Below are positions 58,201-64,000 of a DNA stretch of 64,000 nucleotides, piece after piece. Made by a program: the position numbers and the translations under genes. The stretch covers positions 65,167 through 129,166 of the forward strand of contig JAUZOO010000002.1 of the NCBI GenBank assembly GCA_030706405.1, in the 5' to 3' direction. Within the stretch, counting starts at the first letter, position 1, and each line of letters starts with the position of its first letter. The notes beneath the pieces were generated by a model. It saw only the letters and a program-made list of their open reading frames with translations, did no database searches and was not told the origin of the DNA. This DNA comes from Bacteroidota bacterium. GTDB lineage: Bacteria > Bacteroidota > Bacteroidia > Bacteroidales > JAAUTT01.

Positions 58201-58378
58201 CGAGTTTCAGGCCGTGCACACTCTCCAAAGTATACTCGATTATTACGAGAATCCCGACGACGGCATTAAGGCAGAAGCTAAAGCGCGAAAGGATAAACTA
58301 ACCGCTAAGGCAGGTTCGGCATCGAAAGAAAAACAGTCCGAAATTGAAGTTAACCTGGATAATAAAAAGAAAAAATAA
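55298..58378 (+). CDS. Large secreted TPR-repeat protein (BamD/YbgF-like repeats)
   Basis: Signal peptide and many TPR units (YPxSxYxxxALxxLG recurs). Start moved to the ATG at 55298. Confidence 0.8.
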   Translation: MKIYRILVASFWLHCFVSGLYAQKSLINTLPDLDYKTAVELFEKQKYVAAQQYFQKVIDKPSTAHTGIRANAEYYSALCALELTNPDAEYLLVKFLAANPENYKVNEANFYMARHQYNEKKYSKAVEWFDKVDASKLSESGQAEYHFEAGYSYFMVQKYDKARLHFAAIKDVDTKYTAPALYYYSHIAYEQKNYETALEGFLRLRDDETFAPIVPYYITQIYFLQKKYDKVIAFAPSLLDSVTDKRVGDMSRMIGESYSKQGKYSEALPYFEKFAKKSPNMTIEDRYQVAYAYYKAGDLKNAVKYFEPVTTRNNAMAQNALYHLADCYLKMQDKQKARLAFSSAANMNFNDDIKENALFNYAVVTYELSLSTFNEPVKAFNEYLKLYPYSNHADEARNYLVLAYMSTKNYQAALDALDKIKKKDNSIRRAYQRISFFRGLELYNSLKFENAIDMFDKSLGYAEFDKVLASRAYYWKGESLYRMGKYQKAIELYQKFISAPGAASLDEFELAHYNVAYAYFNQKKYDEALTWFRKYTGLMKNEKSRYVADSYNRMGDCYFMKSSYWVAIENYDKAISYSFADVDYAMFQKAFALGLVSRTEKKVALLNELINTYPKSSYIDDALYELGRGYVVLNSNGQAIESYNKLLKNYPSSSYAPKALLNLGLIYYNTDKNDEAIANYKRVVEQYPGSPDSRNALNGLKTVYMENNDVDSYFAYLEKKGEKSNVRSSEQDSLTYTTAENVYMSGDCDKAQQQFQKYIDKYKDGSFLVNANFYLADCQLKNNKTEQALKGFEYVVSKSHSMFSEQALSAAATIHYNKEEYAPARDLYKRLETEAEIKNNVLDAKIGQMRCNYRLKDAKNAIVSAKALLTEKIQDEVEREARYILAKSYLETQNTTAAVDELKVVSKDVKSVEGAEAKYLISQLYYDQGKKDLAEKEIFDFINKNTPYQYWLGKSFILLSDIYVDRKDEFQAVHTLQSILDYYENPDDGIKAEAKARKDKLTAKAGSASKEKQSEIEVNLDNKKKK

Positions 58379-58424
58379 ACCGATTGAAAGGAACTTCGAA
58401 GATTTAATGTATTTATAGAAAACG

Positions 58425-60158
58425 ATGATTATGAACAATATATATTATTCGTCAGAATTTGCTAAAAAAGGGTTTTGGTTTAAAAATTGCCAGTTAGCCT
58501 TAGCGGGATTGATGTTTCTAAGTTTTAATCAGTTTAATGTTAATGCGCAAGCTCCTATAAAAAAAGAGGTTGACGTAGTGAAGCCATATGAGCCCGTGGT
58601 TTCTGGAGCTCAAAAGATTAACGAGCTTCCTAAAATTAACGATTCGATTAAAATAAAACCGGTATTCCAGTATAATGTAGTGCCGGTGATGATGAACACG
58701 GATTATCAGGTGTTGCCTATTGCTGCTGCAAAGATGAACCCTTCGCCGGCCGAGCCGTTGCTCCATAGTTACATGAAGCTTGGTCTGGGTAACTACTCTA
58801 CGCCTTTGGCCGAAGTGTATATTAACTCCTTACGCTCAAAAGAATATGCTGCTGGGTTATTTTTACGGCATCAATCATCGGGTGGTAAGGTTACTCTCGA
58901 TAACGATAAAAGCGTAGATGCAGGTTATTCCGCAACTTCGGCCGAACTTTTCGGAAAGAAGTTTTTTGAGTCATCATACCTTTACGGCGACCTCGGCGTA
59001 AGTGGAAACTCGGTTTTCGATTATGGATATAATACCTCCAAAAAATTATTGAAAGATACCGTTCTTGAAAAAGGGAATATTCGACAAAACTATTTGTTGG
59101 TAGCGTTTAATGCCGGGCTCCGGTCGTCACATTCCGATACAACCAGGTTAAGCTATCATGTTGGGTTTGGATACAATATGTTTCAGGACAGGTTTAGTCA
59201 TGTTGAGAATGATTTCAAGCTAAAGGCCGATTTAAACCAGCAGTTTGGGAATAAAATGTTTGGCGTAAATTCGAGCCTCGACTTCTTGAAACGTAACAAT
59301 AAATTAGATACTACCGGTTCTGCCAATTCATTGATAGCCGTTAATCCCTGGGTAGAACTTTCCAGCTCGCAATACAAACTCAGGCTGGGCGTAAATGTAA
59401 ACCTCGTAAAGGAGGATAATAGCTTTAGCGTAAGGTTTTATCCTAGTGCCGAATTTATGTTCGAAGCCGTTAAGGAGGTGCTGATTCCCTTTGTCGGTCT
59501 TAGCGGACAAACACAGCAACATAGCTATCGCGATATTGCTACCGAAAATGCATTTATTCGACCCGATTTGCTCGTGAAAAACAGTAATACCAAACTTTCC
59601 CTGTACGGTGGTTTTAAGGGAAGCTTGGGCGCCCGTGCTTCGTATGTTATAAAGGCCGACTATTCCAATGTCGATAATCAATATTTCTTTGTGAACGATA
59701 CTTCGCTAATGCTCGAAAACCAGTTTAAAGCGGTGTATAGCAACGTCGACATTTTTAATGCGCACCTCGAAGTAAATTACGATTATAACGATCGGTTATC
59801 GTTTGGAATGAAGGGAAACCTTTATCAATATTCGGCATTCACACAAGAGCAATACGCCTGGCATAAGCCTTCGTTCGACCTTGCCCTGTCGTCGAAATAC
59901 AACTTGCATAATCAGCTTTTCTTCGATTTTGATGTTCTGGCAACCGGTAAACGGCATGTAAAGACTTTTACGCCGGGACAAACCTCAAAAGATCTTTCGG
60001 GCTGGCTCGACTTTAACGTTGGTGTCGAATATCGTCATACCAAAATACTTTCGGCTTGGTTAAAACTAAACAATATTACCGCAACCAAAAGCTATTCGTG
60101 GAACCAGTATCCTAATCAACGGTTTAACGTGATGCTGGGCTTTACTTATTCGTTATAA
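58425..60158 (+). CDS. Outer-membrane beta-barrel protein (putative porin)
   Basis: Signal peptide ending NAQA and strand-like periodicity. A 46-nt gap follows the TPR gene, and the gene has its own terminator. Confidence 0.6.
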   Translation: MIMNNIYYSSEFAKKGFWFKNCQLALAGLMFLSFNQFNVNAQAPIKKEVDVVKPYEPVVSGAQKINELPKINDSIKIKPVFQYNVVPVMMNTDYQVLPIAAAKMNPSPAEPLLHSYMKLGLGNYSTPLAEVYINSLRSKEYAAGLFLRHQSSGGKVTLDNDKSVDAGYSATSAELFGKKFFESSYLYGDLGVSGNSVFDYGYNTSKKLLKDTVLEKGNIRQNYLLVAFNAGLRSSHSDTTRLSYHVGFGYNMFQDRFSHVENDFKLKADLNQQFGNKMFGVNSSLDFLKRNNKLDTTGSANSLIAVNPWVELSSSQYKLRLGVNVNLVKEDNSFSVRFYPSAEFMFEAVKEVLIPFVGLSGQTQQHSYRDIATENAFIRPDLLVKNSNTKLSLYGGFKGSLGARASYVIKADYSNVDNQYFFVNDTSLMLENQFKAVYSNVDIFNAHLEVNYDYNDRLSFGMKGNLYQYSAFTQEQYAWHKPSFDLALSSKYNLHNQLFFDFDVLATGKRHVKTFTPGQTSKDLSGWLDFNVGVEYRHTKILSAWLKLNNITATKSYSWNQYPNQRFNVMLGFTYSL

Positions 60159-60180
60159 CGAACTATTATCAACGATGAAT

Positions 60181-60215
60181 GCCTGACAGAATTTTATATC
60201 CTGTCAGGCATTTTT
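60181..60215 (+). terminator. Terminator after the 577-aa OMP gene
   Basis: GCCTGACAG pairs with CTGTCAGGC, followed by TTTTT. Confidence 0.85.
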
Positions 60216-60374
60216 GTATTTTCCAATCAATTGTTAATAACTCTTGGGGTTCCCTTCTTATTATTATGCTTAATTACAGGCTAATTTTACTATATTTACA
60301 TGATTTTTTGCATCCGGATTATTAAAATACAATGTTGATTTACAGGTTTTTGGTAACGATTTTTAAAATCTTAA

Positions 60375-62393
<2,019 letters not shown>

Positions 62394-62415
62394 TATTTAG
62401 TTTATAAACTTGAAA

Positions 62416-62439
62416 AGCTCTCTTCGGAGGGCTTTTTTT
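62416..62439 (+). terminator. gyrB terminator
   Basis: AGCTCTC-TTCG-GAGGGCT hairpin, then T7. Confidence 0.8.
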
Positions 62440-62732
62440 ATGTGAATCCCCTTCATTCTGTCGTTGGTATTCCTTGCGGGTTTAGAAGGGTATTTGAAAA
62501 GATGTACGGCAAACATAAAAAAGATGTACATGTTTTGCCCAAAAGCTGTACATCTTTTTAAGAAAAGATATACAGCTTTTGGTTGATTCCTGTACGGGAT
62601 TTTGGACATGTTTTTATTGAGGTCATCAAATTTGTCGTCATTTAATTAATTTTTATCATCGTTAAACAGCCTCTTGCCAAAAGATGATTCTATGGGGCCT
62701 CGAATTCGATAAAAACGGTTAGGTTTGCATTC

Positions 62733-64000
62733 ATGAAGCTATCGGTGATCATTGTCAATTATAATGTAAAGTATTTTCTTGAGCAGTGCTTATATGCTGT
62801 CTTTAATTCTTTAAATGGAATTGAAGGAGAAGTTATTGTGGTTGATAATAATTCGGTTGATGGTTCTGTACCTATGGTTGCTCATCGCTTTCCGCAGGTT
62901 AAACTGATAGAAAATACCCGGAACCTCGGCTTTGCAAAGGCCAATAATATAGGAATCAAAGCATCACAAGGTGAATATGTGCTTATTCTCAATCCCGATA
63001 CGGTAATTGAAGAAACGACACTGGCCAAATGCATTGCTTTTATGGACAACCATCCGGAAGCCGGAGCGCTCGGCCCGCGGATGATTGACGGTAAAGGTCG
63101 TTTCCTGCCAGAGTCGAAACGTGGATTGCCCACACCTGCAGTCGCCTTCTTTAAAATATTTGGACTTACAAAGTTGTTTCCCCGCTCTCAACGATTTGGA
63201 CGATATTATCTCGGGCATTTAAGCGCCGATGCCACACACCAGGTTGATGTACTTACGGGAGCTTTTATGTTTATCCACCGTTCGGTGTTGGATAAATGTG
63301 GACTGTTTGATGAACAGTATTTTATGTATGGCGAAGATGTGGACCTATCCTATTGTATCCTCAAAGCGGGTTACAAAAATTACTATTTTTCGGAAACCAG
63401 TATCATTCATTATAAAGGGGAGAGCACCAAAAAAGGAAGTCTTAACTATGTGCTGATGTTTTATAAAGCTATGCAGCTCTTTGCCCGTAAGCATTTCTCG
63501 GGAAAGTTTGTATTAACATATTTAATGTTGATTAACCTGGCTATTTATTTCAGGGCTGGACTCTCGGTGTTGAAACGTACTGCATTAAAGGCTTTTCCTG
63601 CATTGCTCGACGGTATTGCCATTTATTCAGGATGTTATTATATTGCCAATTGGTGGGCGGTTTTTCAGTTTCATCAATCCGGATACTATACCGGTGGATA
63701 TTTTAATATTGGGCTTCCGGTATCGATTATTGTCTGGCTTGCCGCTATTTGGGGTACTGGCGGGTATCGTGCCCCGTTTAACCTGACCCGGTCGTTGAAG
63801 GGAGTGGTATTGGGCTCCGTAGTTATCCTTATGATTTATGCTCTCTTGCCCCTTCAATTTCGCTTCTCGAGGGCATTAATCCTTTTTGGTACGGTTTGGG
63901 CATTATGTTGTACCGTTGTGGTACGTTATGTGCTAAGCCTTACGGGATGTACCCAATATCGGTTCGATTTAAAAAAGAAACGGCGTATAGCCATTGTAGG
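62733..64000 (+). CDS. GT2 glycosyltransferase fused to a polytopic membrane domain (3' end outside the window; not in the supplied ORF track)
   Basis: I translated frame 3 from the ATG at 62733 and found no stop up to base 64000. VIIVNYN, VVDNNSVDGS, LNPD and YGEDVD GT2 motifs are followed by hydrophobic helices and KKKRRIAIV. Confidence 0.85.
   Translation, partial: MKLSVIIVNYNVKYFLEQCLYAVFNSLNGIEGEVIVVDNNSVDGSVPMVAHRFPQVKLIENTRNLGFAKANNIGIKASQGEYVLILNPDTVIEETTLAKCIAFMDNHPEAGALGPRMIDGKGRFLPESKRGLPTPAVAFFKIFGLTKLFPRSQRFGRYYLGHLSADATHQVDVLTGAFMFIHRSVLDKCGLFDEQYFMYGEDVDLSYCILKAGYKNYYFSETSIIHYKGESTKKGSLNYVLMFYKAMQLFARKHFSGKFVLTYLMLINLAIYFRAGLSVLKRTALKAFPALLDGIAIYSGCYYIANWWAVFQFHQSGYYTGGYFNIGLPVSIIVWLAAIWGTGGYRAPFNLTRSLKGVVLGSVVILMIYALLPLQFRFSRALILFGTVWALCCTVVVRYVLSLTGCTQYRFDLKKKRRIAIV

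Noticed and set aside
55298-58378. TPR protein as the T9SS component PorW/SprE
   Set aside because: PorW/SprE are lipoproteins, and this protein has a signal-peptidase-I-type signal without a lipobox Cys. No other T9SS genes lie nearby, and identity cannot be established by eye.
62497-62605. CRISPR array or tandem-repeat locus
   Set aside because: The units are only about 11-18 nt, occur in mixed orientation and have irregular spacing. No cas genes are present. No CRISPR-like array was seen anywhere in the window.
62397-62609. 70-aa minus-strand ORF between gyrB and the GT2 gene
   Set aside because: It is composed of the translated TGTAC/A-T-run repeats and the gyrB terminator. There is no start context and no homology signal.

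Overview
The window looks like a Bacteroidota chromosome segment. Starts mostly lack Shine-Dalgarno sequences, TAnnTTTG -7 boxes are present, and there are many lipoprotein/OMP genes, a FISUMP protein, GH2 enzymes and an OlsF-type aminolipid synthase. I call 51 protein-coding genes, two of them truncated by the window edges. One of those, a GT2 gene at 62733..64000, is absent from the supplied ORF track. I found no rRNA, tRNA, CRISPR array, transposase or integrase. Gene content from start to end: a co-directional minus-strand catabolic cluster (689-12466) with a divergent GntR regulator; TauE, SDR, MBL and LysR genes; a tandem GH2 beta-mannosidase-like pair; rlmI and glyA; a phosphate-starvation island (26.4-38 kb) containing pstSCAB-phoU, a response regulator, an OlsF-like aminolipid synthase, an OprO/P porin and a second pstS; a PRC-MgtE_N-CBS plus NRAMP operon; an ABC module; envelope and polysaccharide genes; an Rrf2-YceI-OMP-YceI operon; a TPR protein plus OMP; gyrB; and a GT2 gene. 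The strongest candidate for something undescribed is the 38.2-40.9 kb operon. It pairs a soluble MgtE-type Mg sensor module, lacking any pore domain, with an NRAMP whose metal-site motifs are of the Mg-transporting NRMT type, and it sits behind an SD-sequestering leader in an otherwise SD-less genome. Other notable items are 11-bp-phased nTAACAT heptamer arrays (Pho-box-like), TTCAG-heptad inverted repeats that flank a four-helix-bundle gene and also occur in frame inside the E2 linker, and three apparent pseudoenzymes (two GH2, one S26 peptidase). All functional calls rest on motif recognition by eye; no database search was possible.
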